DNA of 63,672 bases, filler included, from Octopus bimaculoides (GCF_001194135.2; 6 parts of 6 records of this genome joined end to end with filler, not necessarily neighbours in it); one strand, 5' to 3'. Shown: positions 26,671 to 40,428, counted from the whole stretch's first letter. Notes: generated by a model not told the origin, from the sequence alone. A program made the numbers and translations.

Positions 26671-27246
26671 TAAAAGTACATCAAAATTAAAACTAAGACT
26701 GAATACCTAAAGCAACTTAACAAATGTCTATTTTAACAGAAATTCAAGATATATAACCCTTCCTCTGGAAGATAAAATATTGTTTGAATATAAAATTAAA
26801 GTGAATGTAACAGGAAAGATTACATTAAATGAAATAGAAATTATCTAAGATATTGAAAAGTTTATCCAAACAAAATTAATTAAAGAAACACTGTAACTAT
26901 ATAGAATAAGGGTTAAATGAAAAAGAAAAGTCCAAATCCAAAATTGACTGGCATCTTGTTCTAAGAAACGATATTGCTTCTACTAGACTCTCTTTCATAG
27001 AAGACCATAAATCTAATTTGATTATTTTCAGTAGAGAAAACAGTCAAATTAGTATTTGTGAAATTGAAAATTTTAATGCACCATTGAACAATTTACATTT
27101 GGTTATTGTTGGTACATTTTTATGAATCCAAATTCATGACCCTCACTCTACAAAGCCTCATGAAGATCACGTGATTGGGATACGAGCATCTTAAATACAC
27201 AGCCATGTCTGTGCCTATCATATGCACACACACAAGTGTATGTATT

Positions 27247-27342
<96 letters not shown>

Positions 27343-28389
27343 TATAACGCAATATAACTTGGAAACAACACAAGCAAATGAGGTAGATGCAGTAAAGGAG
27401 GAGGTTTTTGGAGAGGTGGCGGGAAGAGTAAGTGGAGAAAGAGAGGTGGAGGGGGAAAATAGAAAACAAGAAAGTAGTTTCAGAAATAACAATGCATGCA
27501 CCAAGCCCAAGTTGGTGGGGGTGAGATTGAGGGCGGAGGGGAGTGAATAACAAGCATCCTCTGTAAAATGGATGAGCCACAGACAGGCCTACACAACCAC
27601 CTGTTTGATGCTATCTTATGACGCACACAACCACACAAACAGATAAAAATGTAGACACACGCAAATACATTTTCAACAGAATCTCACTTTCAACATTAAG
27701 AGATGCCACCACCACCACCGTCATGACCACCATCAGCACCAAGATCACCATCAACACCATCAGCAAACACAACCACCACTGCCACCTACACAAATACACT
27801 TAGAAAATGAAAGAACTAAATACTGCAAGGTATTTATTTATCTGCCACTTTACTGATTCTGATATCCATTGCTAACTCGATAATAGAAATAATTTTAAAA
27901 CCAGACACACGGCCACACACACACACAGGGGAGAGAGATGGGGGTTTGGCAATTTTAATGGTTCCAGTAACAGGCTTATATTTACTTTATTGACTCTGGC
28001 AGAAGAAAAGACAATATTGAGCTTTGTAGACTTTAAACACAGAACATAAAAGGGACCAAAGTCTACACTACAAGTCATTTCATAACAATTCTTCCATCTC
28101 TCACCCTCACAACAAAAATGGCTTCTAAAATGGGTATAGTGTGGAGATGAGAGTAACCAAACTGGTTGACATTCCATCTTGAAAAGTTGAAATAAAGTTG
28201 ATATTGGCAAGACTTGAACTTGAAATACAAAGGGATGTAACTACAGACCACAAAGCATTTTACCCATCATCCTCCATATTTTATCAATCAACTGTGCTTA
28301 CATGGCATTTTTTTTTACTCCCTTACCATCTAGTTAGAGAAAGAAGAGCAGCAGCCATGAAGCCATATTTTTCCAGGGCCTCCAAGGAA

Positions 28390-28481
28390 GTTACCCTCAA
28401 ACCAGAGAGCTGGCCTGAATGCCAATGACTGAAGGGAGTTACCCTCAAACCAGAGCGCTGGCCTAAATGCCCATGACTGAA
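28390..28481. repeat. 48-bp tandem duplication resembling a SINE 3' end
   Basis: GTTACCCTCAAACCAGAG.GCTGGCCT.AATGCC.ATGACTGAA at 28390 and 28438. Confidence 0.8.
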
Positions 28482-28489
28482 ACAAGGTA

Positions 28490-28512
28490 GATGGAAACAA
28501 AAGAAGCCCATC

Positions 28513-28578
<66 letters not shown>

Positions 28579-28768
28579 TTGTGCTTGATCCCCATCATCG
28601 CTTGACAACTGATATTGGTGTGTTTACATCCCATAACTTAATGGTTCAGCAAAAGAGACCGATAGAATAAGTACTAGGCTTACAAAGAACAAGTCCTGGG
28701 GTTGATTTGTTTGACTAAAGGCAGTGCTCCAGCATGGCTGCAGTCAAATGACTGAAACAAGAAAATAA
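28490..28768 (+). mobile_element. SINE family A, 3' part
   Basis: CATCGCTTGACAAC..TTGGTGTGTTTACATCCC..CAGCAAAAGAGACCGATAGAATAAGTACTAGGC...CAGCATGGCTGCAGTCAAATGACTGAAACAAG. Confidence 0.85.
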
Positions 28769-28964
28769 ATGAATGCTGTAAAGTGGTTGGTGTTAGAAAG
28801 GGCATCCAGCTGTAGAGATCATGCCAATGTAGGCAGTAGATCAGAATGCTGTCCTTGGACCCAGCAGAGTCTGCCAAACAATCCAACCTATGCCATCATA
28901 GAACAAGGATTATTAAATAAGGATGAGGATAATGGTGTGTGTATGTGTGTGATGGGCCCTTAAA

Positions 28965-29195
28965 CAGTTTCTTATTTCTTTACTGCCCACAAGGGGCTAA
29001 ACATAGAGGGGACAAACAAGGGATTAAGTCAATTACATTGACCCCAGTGTGTAACTGGTACTTAATTTATCGACCCCAAAAAGATGAGAAGCAAAATCGA
29101 ACTCAGCGGAATTTGAACTCAGAACGTAGCGGCAGACGAAATACCGCTAAGCATTTCGCCCAGCATGCTAACGTTTCTGCCAGCTCGCCGCCTTG
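28965..29195 (-). mobile_element. SINE family B, full length, CpG-retaining (probably young)
   Basis: TTCTTATTTCTTTACTGCCCACAAGGGGC...ATCGACCCC...GGAATTTGAACTCAGAACGTAGCGGCAGACGAAATACCGCTAAGCATTTCGCC...CCAGCTCGCCGCCTT. Confidence 0.9.
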
Positions 29196-29473
29196 GNNNN
29201 NNNNNNNNNNNNNNNNNNNNNNNNNNNNNNNNNNNNNNNNNNNNNNNNNNNNNNNNNNNNNNNNNNNNNNNNNNNNNNNNNNNNNNNNNNNNNNNNNNNN
29301 NNNNNNNNNNNNNNNNNNNNNNNNNNNNNNNNNNNNNNNNNNNNNNNNNNNNNNNNNNNNNNNNNNNNNNNNNNNNNNNNNNNNNNNNNNNNNNNNNNNN
29401 NNNNNNNNNNNNNNNNNNNNNNNNNNNNNNNNNNNNNNNNNNNNNNNNNNNNNNNNNNNNNNNNNNNNNNNNN

Positions 29474-29527
<54 letters not shown>

Positions 29528-29979
29528 ATAATAAATTTTATTTTGTTACAGTTGATATAACCAGCTAAGTTTTTGGTACAATTTTGTTCCTGATAAAGAC
29601 TGCAAAGACACGGGATCAATTTCAGCAACAGAAACTAATTACCTTGTCCAGGGAGTTTGTTTCCATGGCAACCGATCAACAAAGTACAGTAAAACACAGC
29701 ACAGTATAGTATAGTATACAAACATCAGGTTCATATTTGGGTGTGGCGGTTTCTTTTATGAGACAAAATATAGTGGGACTATTGTGGAGTCTGTGGGTGG
29801 GGTCAATGAACACTCGCTAATAGTGATAACCATCTGGTCTGGTTGTGAGTGTGTGCGGAAACCTCACAAATATACACAAATACAGATACATAAACACATA
29901 CATCAAAGGCAGAGATACATACTTATACACAAACCCGCTCACCAAAATATAAGCACCAACACAAAGGCACAGGATATAT

Positions 29980-30023
<44 letters not shown>

Positions 30024-31644
30024 ACACAAGTACACTCATACATACACATATGTACAGATACACACAGATATACAAATATATAAACATAGATATACAAACA
30101 CACACGTATATGAATATGAACCTTCAAATACACTTACACAAGTTTACTAACACATACAGGCACATACACACACATATGTATAAACAACTAGAAATCTAAA
30201 GTGTATGTAGCCTTCCAGTCTGTGTAAAAGTAATGTGTAATAATAACAACAACAACAACAATTTGGCCTCATTAAAGCACCATGATGGCTATAATCAACC
30301 ATATCCTGCTGCTACAGTCAACAACTGGCCTCTCAGGCCCCTTCACCAAATTTACACTCACAGATAGGCGCAGATGTAGCGATGTGGTTGAGAAGCTTGC
30401 TTCCCAACCATGAGGCATTCGATTTAGCTTCACTGCCTAACACCTGGGACAAGTGTCTTCTATTCTACTATAGCCCTGGGTCAACCAGAGCCTTGTGAGT
30501 GGATGCAGACAAAGTAAAAGAGGCCTGTTGTGTGTGTGGACATACACACACACACAATACCAGCATGGAAAACAGACATTAAATGAGATAGATATACCAT
30601 ATTTTAACGTGTATAAGGAACCCCCTAATTTTTGGCAAAACGTTTTTGTAAGGGATTATAATACTATCCATATATAAGAAACTCCCATATTTTTGTCAAA
30701 ATTAGGTTTAAAAAATATATATATATATGTATGTATATATATATATATATATATACTGTATTTTAACATGTATGTTTATATATATATATATATACTGTAT
30801 TTTAACATATATATATATATATATATATATNNNNNNNNNNNNNNNNNNNNNNNNNNNNNNNNNNNNNNNNNNNNNNNNNNNNNNNNNNNNNNNNNNNNNN
30901 NNNNNNNNNNNNNNNNNNNNNNNNNNNNNNNNNNNNNNNNNNNNNNNNNNNNNNNNNNNNNNNNNNNNNNNNNNNNNNNNNNNNNNNNNNNNNNNNNNNN
31001 NNNNNNNNNNNNNNNNNNNNNNNNNNNNNNNNNNNNNNNNNNNNNNNNNNNNNNNNNNNNNNNNNNNNNNNNNNNNNNNNNNNNNNNNNNNNNNNNNNNN
31101 NNNNNNNNNNNNNNNNNNNNNNNNNNNNNNNNNNNNNNNNNNNNNNNNNNNNNNNNNNNNNNNNNNNNNNNNNNNNNNNNNNNNNNNNNNNNNNNNNNNN
31201 NNNNNNNNNNNNNNNNNNNNNNNNNNNNNNNNNNNNNNNNNNNNNNNNNNNNNNNNNNNNNNNNNNNNNNNNNNNNNNNNNNNNNNNNNNNNNNNNNNNN
31301 NNNNNNNNNNNNNNNNNNNNNNNNNNNNNNNNNNNNNNNNNNNNNNNNNNNNNNNNNNNNNNNNNNNNNNNNNNNNNNNNNNNNNNNNNNNNNNNNNNNN
31401 NNNNNNNNNNNNNNNNNNNNNNNNNNNNNNNNNNNNNNNNNNNNNNNNNNNNNNNNNNNNNNNNNNNNNNNNNNNNNNNNNNNNNNNNNNNNNNNNNNNN
31501 NNNNNNNNNNNNNNNNNNNNNNNNNNNNNNNNNNNNNNNNNNNNNNNNNNNNNNNNNNNNNNNNNNNNNNNNNNNNNNNNNNNNNNNNNNNNNNNNNNNN
31601 NTATATATATATATATATATGTACACACATGTATGTGTGTGTGT

Positions 31645-31885
31645 GTTTTGTGTACCCTTGTCTTGACATCATGTGATGGTTGTAAACAAGCATCATCACA
31701 CAAGTGATGTTGTTGGTTCCCAATCTTCAATGAAAACATATCTGGTCATGAGAAATATTACTTTGCATAAAAGCAGGTGACAGTGGGTGACAGGAAGGGC
31801 ATCCAGCCATAGAAAATCTACCTCAACAAATTCCATTTGGCCCAAGCAAGGATGGAGAAGTGGACATTAAATGGTGAAAATGACG
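31645..31885 (+). mobile_element. Family C short element with RTE-like 3' end (also about 28775-28932 + and 58706-58850 -)
   Basis: GACAGGAAGGGCATCCAGCCATAGAAAATC...GGATGGAGAAGTGGACATTAAATG tail motif shared among copies. Confidence 0.7.
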
Positions 31886-32939
31886 AGATAACTTGCAAGA
31901 AATAGCAATTCCAATCTAACTCAAATCACACCTAACTGTCTTAAACAATAGGAAAGCCTATTGAATAATGTAACCATGAGTATACTATGTCAGAAAAAAA
32001 AAATGACAAGACAGTCACAACTAGGATATCTTTAGTCGTAAGTCAGCTCAATCAGGACTAGTCTGGAGCCAAACAACTAATTAAATCACACCCATTTTAA
32101 AAAGGACTATATACATTCTATAATGTAGTTCTACATGCACCCGGAAAGACAAATGGTCTCGTGTTTCAAATGTCTGATCATAAGCGTACTTAGTGAGACT
32201 TGGCCTGGGGCTAAACAGCAACAATCACAAAGTACTCAGAGAATTCCTCCTCTTTATCATTGTCTCAATATTCTACATTTATGTCAAGGAGACAAAAGGC
32301 TAAGTTGTTTTATTTTTTTGTTATTTGTTCGTTTGTTTTTTAAGTATTGAGGTCCTGATGCTTGGTGTTGGACAGGGCAAATACAGGTCAAGTATAATGA
32401 AGTTTTACATACAGATTGTCTGAATAATAATAATAATAATAATAATAAAATTTTTAAAAAACAGGATAGCCATGGATGGCAAGATTTTGACTATAAGCTT
32501 GCTAGATTACAATGATCTAAAGGTACACAACAAGAGTAGCCAAGGTATCATCACTTGTATATCTGATGCTGTATCTAAGATATCATCAGTTTTATGTCAA
32601 GCCCTGCCTCTGTAAACAGTGGCCAGCAGTGTATATTTAATTGGCATGTGTTTCATTAACACCTGGTGGTTAATTTGGGGCCATGACAGTTACATCCCTA
32701 CAGCAGAACAGATCCTCCCAGTTATCTTAAGTCCTGTCCTTGTTATTACCTTAATACATATTTGGATCTCATCTCACACCATTATTCACCCCAGTTCGGC
32801 CACCGGCCTTTCTACTAGTTACCACCTCAGTCCAACCATCCTACCTAACTAGTTATCACTCCACATACATCTTCCTACCACCTTGCTCCTAGTTACATTC
32901 CATCAACATCTTTTGTTACCTAACACTATCTTGAGTCAA

Positions 32940-33125
32940 GCCTCTACATGGCTATTCGACCTGCTAGAAATAACAGCCAAGTTATCCTCAAATCTCACTA
33001 CCATTTTTAAAAAAAGGCAAGACAATAGATAATGTAGTTCTAGATATACAAGTCATGGCTGGAGTGTCTTTGATCATAGGTTTGCCTGATAAGGATAGAC
33101 CTAGAACTAAACAATTTAACATCTC
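32940..33125. repeat. Family E interspersed repeat (further copies at about 16325-16540, 31895-32080, 33830-34115, 41330-41490)
   Basis: Shared GCTAGAAATA.CAGCCAAA..TCCCTCAAATC...GGATAATGTAGT...CATGGCTGGA.TGTCTTTGATCATAG motif chain; class not determined. Confidence 0.7.
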
Positions 33126-35855
33126 TTTCAACTTAACATTACATCTTCTGTTCATCATGTACTTGCCCCACTTACCTACTACCAAACACCATACTCTTAG
33201 TACTAGCATTAAAATCAAAACAAACACACACACAATCAATTTAATACCACCCTCCATGTATTATATAAGGAATGAGTCAAATGAAATATAAAAACATGGA
33301 TATATATATACCAATCTCACTTATCTATCTTTTATCACAAACCATCATCTATATTCAGTAACAGCAATGAAAGCCACTATACAGTACTTGTGCCATGTCA
33401 TCACATAATGCCAGCACAGTAGGTATCTAACAAATTAGAGGATAACCCGTACTAGTTCTTTGTCCTCAATGCCTAACTTTCCATTTGATCATGATGAGGA
33501 ACTGACAATATTTTTAGAAGTCATCTGTGAAATATTAGCAGCAGCTCTTGGCTAAATTTAACCAGAGAGGGACAGATCTAGATCTAATGATTACAAGTCA
33601 ACCATGTCTGTGATGTTGGTGTGAATGGAATGGTACTCAGTGCAGAGTGAAGGAAATGTAGGACTAGATAGAACAAGGTTGTTCTCTCACAATAAATGTC
33701 TATACAAGCTTTCTCTTCAAGGTCCTAATTATCAACTCACATCACATTCAACTACCCACGCAATGGTTGGCCAACTGAAATTATGTATAAATATAGTACA
33801 AATGAAAATTAGTTTTTAAATGAGCTAGCAAAGGAGCTACTGCATGGCTGTTCATCCAGTTAGAAACACTAGCCAAATTTCCCTCACATAACACATAAAA
33901 AAGAAATACATTGGGTAATTAGCCCTAAATATTTAATGTCTGAATAAAAGACATGATAGTCACATTTGGGAAACTTCTGCAGGCAGCTAACCTGGGGGGT
34001 TAAGCAACAACAACATGGCAAGGTACATTATGTAATGTAATGTGTCCAGAGAATAAATGACAAAAGGGTCACAATTCTATTGATCATGATTCTGTGAGAT
34101 CAGGGTTAACATGGAGTTAAAAATCATAACAAGTAATTATCAATTACTCAACTTTATGTCCCAATATACAATTTACACTGCATTTCTATGATATAGTAGC
34201 AGTCATGTTGAAACACCAGTTTTGACAAAATAAGGGGACAGATACTGCCACTTCAGCCCTACTTCACAGTTCAGTGGTTAAGTAGTAATGGACAACCATT
34301 CAACTGTAAAAATACTTCATCCAACAAGTAATGCAGCCCATTTTTTATACTGATTTCAGAAAATGAATCTATAAAACAGTAAAAATGTGTGTGAAAACAC
34401 TCACACACACACACAGAGGAATAAAAGACATTCAATGAATTGAAATGGCAGATGCACAATGAAGCAACAAAGCTACAGCTGGTCTCTGGCACATTACAGG
34501 AGTGCAAATTACTCAATCCCAAGCAGATGTAAACAGCTGTCTAGCAGCACAGCACTTAACAAATAAATAGACTGGACTGCAGGATGGAGTCAATGCTTAC
34601 CTAGGTGACCTGCCGTGACCCTCAGCAATGAAAGGTGAGAGTTATGAAAAGTTGATAACAGCCATGGCTGGCTAGATAGGAGGGACAAATCACCTTGTTT
34701 GGAACTGTCTCCTCTTTTACTTTTATGTGTCAGACATGCCTCGTGACCTCTTTGCAGATACCTACCACTACTGATGAGAGAATGAGAGAATCTCTAGTTC
34801 TATGAGTAAAGGAGTGGTTATGTCACTGAAAAAGGACCCCCAAACATGGGGGCAATCACACTAATAATTTTCAGTTCATAACCCTGTCAAACACAGATTT
34901 CAAAATCTTGGCCAATTATAATAAAAAAAAAAGGCTGTCACTTATTATCAATGGTCTAATCGGCAATGTGTAAACATGCACCACTCCAAACAGATCAATA
35001 AAAGTTATTAAAATAAGATTTAGAACTACCAAAGACAAGCGTAAGAACTTCCTGGGACTGTACATTGAACAGAGACAACTACAAAAATACAGCAACACAC
35101 TTAACAAGGAACTCATTTTTAGCTGCTAATGAGACCTCTTTATAGTTTTAACACCAAAGGCAGTACTGTTCTATCTGGGAATGATCATTGTTAAAATAAT
35201 GCTGCTTGGGAAACCACAAACAGAACTTGTACACAAATGAAAATTATAAACACATAAAGCAAAAAATATAAAACATAAAACAAAATATTAAACATATAAA
35301 AACACAGATATTAGAAAACACTCTTTCAGTGAGTGAGTTAGAAGTCTTGTTTAACAATATCTGACCTGGCAGTTGGTAAAAAAATCCACCACCGTATTTG
35401 ACAACCAGCGCAGTTTACTTACATCATAGAGTTTGTTTGAGAGTACAATAAAAAAAAAAACTACCTCTCCTCTTACCCCCACCACCAATCTCACTAGCAT
35501 CCTGGATGGGTCACTTTCAGCTAAAGTGACTCCTCTTTCCTATATAATACTGCTAATTACTTAGAAAAGAATAATATATTGTTACACAGAATATCAAGAG
35601 GTAGCAATACATCTTTACAGGATACTCCCAAAACTATGAGAAGATGTCTAGCCACCAATCAGTTCACTAATCTCTAAACCCTCTAGCATTTAAATAGGTC
35701 AAATTCTGCACAAATATTCTACCTTATTTTATGTTCAAACCAATGAGATTCAGCCTCTCATTCATACCCTACAATGTCATTCTAAACATAATCAATTACA
35801 CCAACAAAATCTCAAAGCTACAAGATAATGCCTGATTAATTCAAAACAATGTGAA

Positions 35856-36205
35856 GAAGAGCACTCAGAGAGTGCAAACCTCTGCCAAGGCAACACCAAC
35901 GTCCTCCCAACGATTAGCCTAAAATGGGAATATCTGAAATAAACTCAACTGCTCTCAAAAACGACAATACTAAAAATGAACCTGACCGCTCTCAAAAATT
36001 AAGTAAAAAAAAAAAACTGGAAAAATAATCCAGAATCCTTGTCTGGTACTGGATCGATCCCAAAATCTAATCAATTTGTACCAGTCACAAGGCCAAACAT
36101 CCTTGAAAGTTTCATCCGAATCCATCCGGTGGTTCTTGAGATATCTTGTCCATAGACAAACACAACTGAAAACAATACCTCCACCTTTGCTAAGATAAAG
36201 ATAAT
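35856..36205. mobile_element. Non-autonomous element resembling Helentron-associated (HINE/DINE-1-like) repeats, copy 1
   Basis: AGCACTCAG..CAAACCTCTGCCAAGG start; internal GATCCCAAAATCTAATCAA..GAAAGTTTCATCCGAATCC; clearly homologous to 37031-37394. Confidence 0.55.
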
Positions 36206-37030
36206 AACTAAGCATTACATTTGACAGAGTAAACTGAATGCAAAAGGGTTAAACTAATAATTAGGTTATTCCTCCATTCACCCACCTCATCATGCCATAA
36301 AGACTGCCTAGATCTCAGTAAATGTCCCTTCGGTTACTACTATGGAGACAGTATCAATCGCCTCCTTCAAACTGCCATTATGAGCCAACAGATCTTCCTT
36401 ATAGCCATTTGCCTCATATGTCAAAGGTTGCTGTCTTTCCCTCTTACAAAACCCTTCAGCAAGAATGAAGTAGTATCCTATAGAGTTTGATGAGATACTC
36501 ATCCAGCCACTCTTGGTTTCAAATGATAACTTGTCTTGGGAACTGATCTGACCATTTGTCTAGGACAGGGCTAGCCAGCCTGAGACCTACTTGATACTTT
36601 CTTGAAATGGGTTTATTTAAACAAACATTTCTAAAATTTTATCAGAAATTAAAGGTTGTAATGAAAAGTAAAAAAGAAAGCTACTACTGTTTTTGCAACG
36701 ATAATATTTCATGTTGAATCAATGATATTCATTATTATAATAATAGCATGAGAAAGCAAAATGCTTTCAATTCTGTCAGTATATAAGTGGCCCTCAAAAA
36801 ACTTTCTCTGATTAAAGTGGCCCACAATGTAATTCGAGTTGGCCAGGCCTGGACTAGGACATGATGGCCTGACCTGCCCATGTAAGGGAAGCAACTTTTT
36901 GTCGTCTACCAGTGAAAGCTCCTGAATAGACCTACATTGAGCATAGCTCCCAACTCACCTCCAGAAGAGCAGTGACTCCAAATAAAGGCTTTCAACTGTA
37001 AAACAATACCAAACAAAACATAAAATAAAC

Positions 37031-37394
37031 AAGAGCACTCAGCACAAACCTCCGCCAAGGCACCACCAACATCCTCTCAATGAATAGCCAGAGATGACTT
37101 TTAAAATGAGAATATCTGAAATGAACTCGACTGCTCTCAAAACCGACAATACTAAAAATGAACCCAATTGCTTTCAAAAATTAAGTAAAAAAAAAAATTT
37201 TTTAAATAATCCCGAATCCTTGTCTGGTACTGGATCAATCTCAAAATCTAATCAGTTCGTGTCAGTCATGAGGCCAAACATCCCTGAAAGTTTCATCTGA
37301 ATCCATTCAATGGTTCTTGAGATATGTTGTCCACAGACAAACAAACAAACACAACTGAAAACAATCCCTCTGCTTTCATTCAGGCAGAGGTAAT
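37031..37394. mobile_element. HINE/DINE-1-like element, copy 2
   Basis: Subterminal inverted repeat CCTCCGCC (37049-37056) / GGCAGAGG (37383-37390) and a short GTTT/ACAA microsatellite near one end. Confidence 0.6.
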
Positions 37395-37624
37395 AAAGGA
37401 ATACAAACAACTCGTGTCACAGGCATCAAGCAGGGCAGTTACTCTAAGAACTGATAAAAGGTGGGAAGCTTTAGTCTAGTCCCAGATAGCCTCTCAATTG
37501 TTGAAAACATAAAGTTTGCCCTGTAACACATGTATGTATATTGCCTTAAATTCCAGCATTTCAAATATTTTGTCTTTACAGGTGTATTTAAATGTTTCTG
37601 AATTGCCCTTGTGGCAAATAACAA

Positions 37625-37834
37625 AAAGGAATTGTTAGCATGCCAGGCAAAATGCTTAGCAGTATTTCATTTGTCTGATTTCAAATTCCACCGAGGTCAA
37701 CTTTGCCTTTCATCCTTTAAGGGTTAATAAATTAAGTACCAGTGAAACACTGGGGTTGATGTAATCAACTAGTCCCCTCCCCACCAAATTTTAGGCCTTA
37801 TGCCTTTAGAAGAAAGGATTATTATCATTATTAC

Positions 37835-37868
<34 letters not shown>
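37625..37868 (+). mobile_element. SINE family B, CpG-decayed
   Basis: AAATTCCACCGAGGTCAACTTTGCCTTTCATCCTTT..AATAAATTAAGTACCAG followed by an (ATT)n tail. Confidence 0.85.
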
Positions 37869-38685
37869 AGAGGCAAAACTCATAGCTCTTTGTAGGTCTT
37901 CTTAGGGCGGTCCATCCTCAGATGGTACTTCAGTCAACAGTGTCCATAAAGAAGAAATTAGAGCAAAAAGTAGGTTCTAGATGGTGCATTCTGAAGAAAA
38001 AGGAATGTATAATCTTGATAAGTGCAGATGGAGTCACAATGCAGGGTATCAATGTAGCAATGTCAGTGGAAGGGATTAGTGTAGTGATGTTACTTTTCAG
38101 CTCCATCTCAACCCTAATCAAACAGGACCAGGACCAAAAGCATTCCAGATGTTTTACACGAGAAACGGGGCTATCCAATACATCCTACTTTATTTTCAAA
38201 ATTTCACTTTTATTAATATAGATTCATATGGTATGGGGACATTTGGCTGTTATTTTTGTTTGGGTAAGTGACCCTGTGAAGACTTCAAGGTGTGGAATTA
38301 ATATAGGAATGATGGTGGTGGTGGTGGTGGTGGTGATATAATAGCGGACAACAATGAGGGTAGTGAGAGGAGCAACAGCAGATAGTAAGAGAAGAGTATA
38401 AGGAGAGGGTATAGAAGAGAAGTGAAAAGTAGTGAGGGGGGGAGGAAGAGGAAGGCAGAAAGAACAGGAAGAAGGAAGGCAGGATACAACATAAAAAGAA
38501 ACTAAAAAAAAAAAGTTTCAATAATACAAAGGTCATGATTTCCAGACCCTTACACTAATAAGGGTCCTAAGTACACACACACACACACACTTATAAACAC
38601 AATATAATACTAGAGTAGAGTTGAAAGAGATTTCTGCAAAATTTCTTCCTCTTCCTTCATCCAACCAATATCCTACACTGTTCCT

Positions 38686-38722
<37 letters not shown>

Positions 38723-38771
38723 CGCAATTACATAAAGTTAACACACTACTCTTTACATACACATTCGGATA

Positions 38772-38823
<52 letters not shown>

Positions 38824-38824
<1 letters not shown>

Positions 38825-39387
38825 GAGGGGAAGTCAAAATTTATCTGCACTTTCACCATAACATATCTTTATTATTGTCACACTGCCTCCTGCACATGTG
38901 TGTTTATCATTGGTACTATTGTGGTCGTGCGATTGAAATTTGAGCATGGTCGTGCCATTTTTCTTTCTGGCTTTACACTGTAAGCATGGCCGCTCCACTA
39001 GCACCATGCACCAAAGAAGAACAAAGTGCAGTGATCCAATTTTTCTGGTCAGGTGTGTCAGGTGCCGAAATTCATTGGAGGCTTTTAGCACAATACAGGG
39101 ACAGTGCACTACTGCATAGAAGCATGTATGAGTGGATCAAGAGGTTTAAAAGTGGCCGGACAAGCATGACCCATCTCTCGGATCACTGCACTTTGTTGTT
39201 CTTTGATGCACATTGCTAGTGGAGCAGCTGCACTGTAAAGCCAGAAAGAAAATTGACATGATCAGGCTCAAAATTCAATCACATGACTACAATAGTACCA
39301 ACTAAAAGCACACATGTGCAGAAGGCAGAGTGGCAATAATAAGGATATGTTATGGCGAAAGTGCAGCTAATTTTTTACTTCCCCTTG
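38824..39387 (+). mobile_element. Mariner-derived palindromic MITE (two inverted left ends) with transposase N-terminal fragment
   Basis: TA|CGAGGGGAAGTCAAAA...CCCCTTG|TA termini. Arms 38824-39037 and 39180-39387 are inverted copies. ORF 38986-39219 (EQSAVIQFFWSGVSGAEIHWRLLAQYRDSALLHRSMYEWIKRFKSGRTS) is a typical mariner transposase HTH region. Confidence 0.9.
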
Positions 39388-39389
39388 TA

Positions 39390-39432
<43 letters not shown>

Positions 39433-40021
39433 NNNNNNNNNNNNNNNNNNNNNNNNNNNNNNNNNNNNNNNNNNNNNNNNNNNNNNNNNNNNNNNNNNNN
39501 NNNNNNNNNNNNNNNNNNNNNNNNNNNNNNNNNNNNNNNNNNNNNNNNNNNNNNNNNNNNNNNNNNNNNNNNNNNNNNNNNNNNNNNNNNNNNNNNNNNN
39601 NNNNNNNNNNNNNNNNNNNNNNNNNNNNNNNNNNNNNNNNNNNNNNNNNNNNNNNNNNAAGACCAAAAGAAATTTCCCAAAATCCAGCTCAGATAACTAC
39701 TATTAAATAAGAAAACACTTGAAATTCTAGAACCTACTTAAAAAGTTACATCTTACTAATAACTAATAAAGAAGGGTGTGAACATAACACTTCAAATATA
39801 ATTTCTTTACAAACTTACACAGTTCCCCACCGCCCCTTAAGTTTTGCAATGTCTCAGTGTTAAATATAAAACTTAAACGTTTTATAGTCTCTTTCTCTCT
39901 CCCTAAACACACACGTATATTGTTGTAAAAAGCTCAAAGAAATACCACAAAGTATGTTGTTTGACATTAACAACTCTACCAATCACCTCCCCTACTGTAA
40001 TATTGATGATAAATAATCTCT

Positions 40022-40428
40022 AAGATGGTGAGCTGGCAGATTCATTAGCACACCAGGCAAAATGCTTAGCCGTATTTCGTTTGCCCCTACATTCTGAGTT
40101 CAAATTCAGCTGAGGTCGACTTTGCCTTTCATCCTTTCGGGGTCGATAAATTAANNNNNNNNNNGGGGGGGGGGGGTCGATGTGATCAACTACCCTCTCT
40201 CCCAAATTTCAGGCCTTGTGTCTAAAGTAGAAAAGATTAATAATAATCCTTTCCATTATAGGAACAAGGCCTGAAATTTCAAGGGAGGAGGCTAGTTGGT
40301 TCCATCAACCCCAGTGCTCAACTGGTGCTTATTTTATCGACCCCCAAGAGTCACCCTCTAAATGTAAAGCCAAGAGAAATGCCGTACAGCACTTTGTCCA
40401 GTGTGCAGCAATTCTGCCAGTTGCCGGT
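40022..40428. mobile_element. Two SINE family B copies tail-to-tail (40022-40240 +, 40241-40428 -)
   Basis: + copy ends CAGGCCTTGTGTCTAAAGTAGAAAAGATTAAT; - copy begins AATCCTTTCCATTATAGGAACAAGGCCTGAAATTT; they share an AT-rich tail. Confidence 0.8.
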
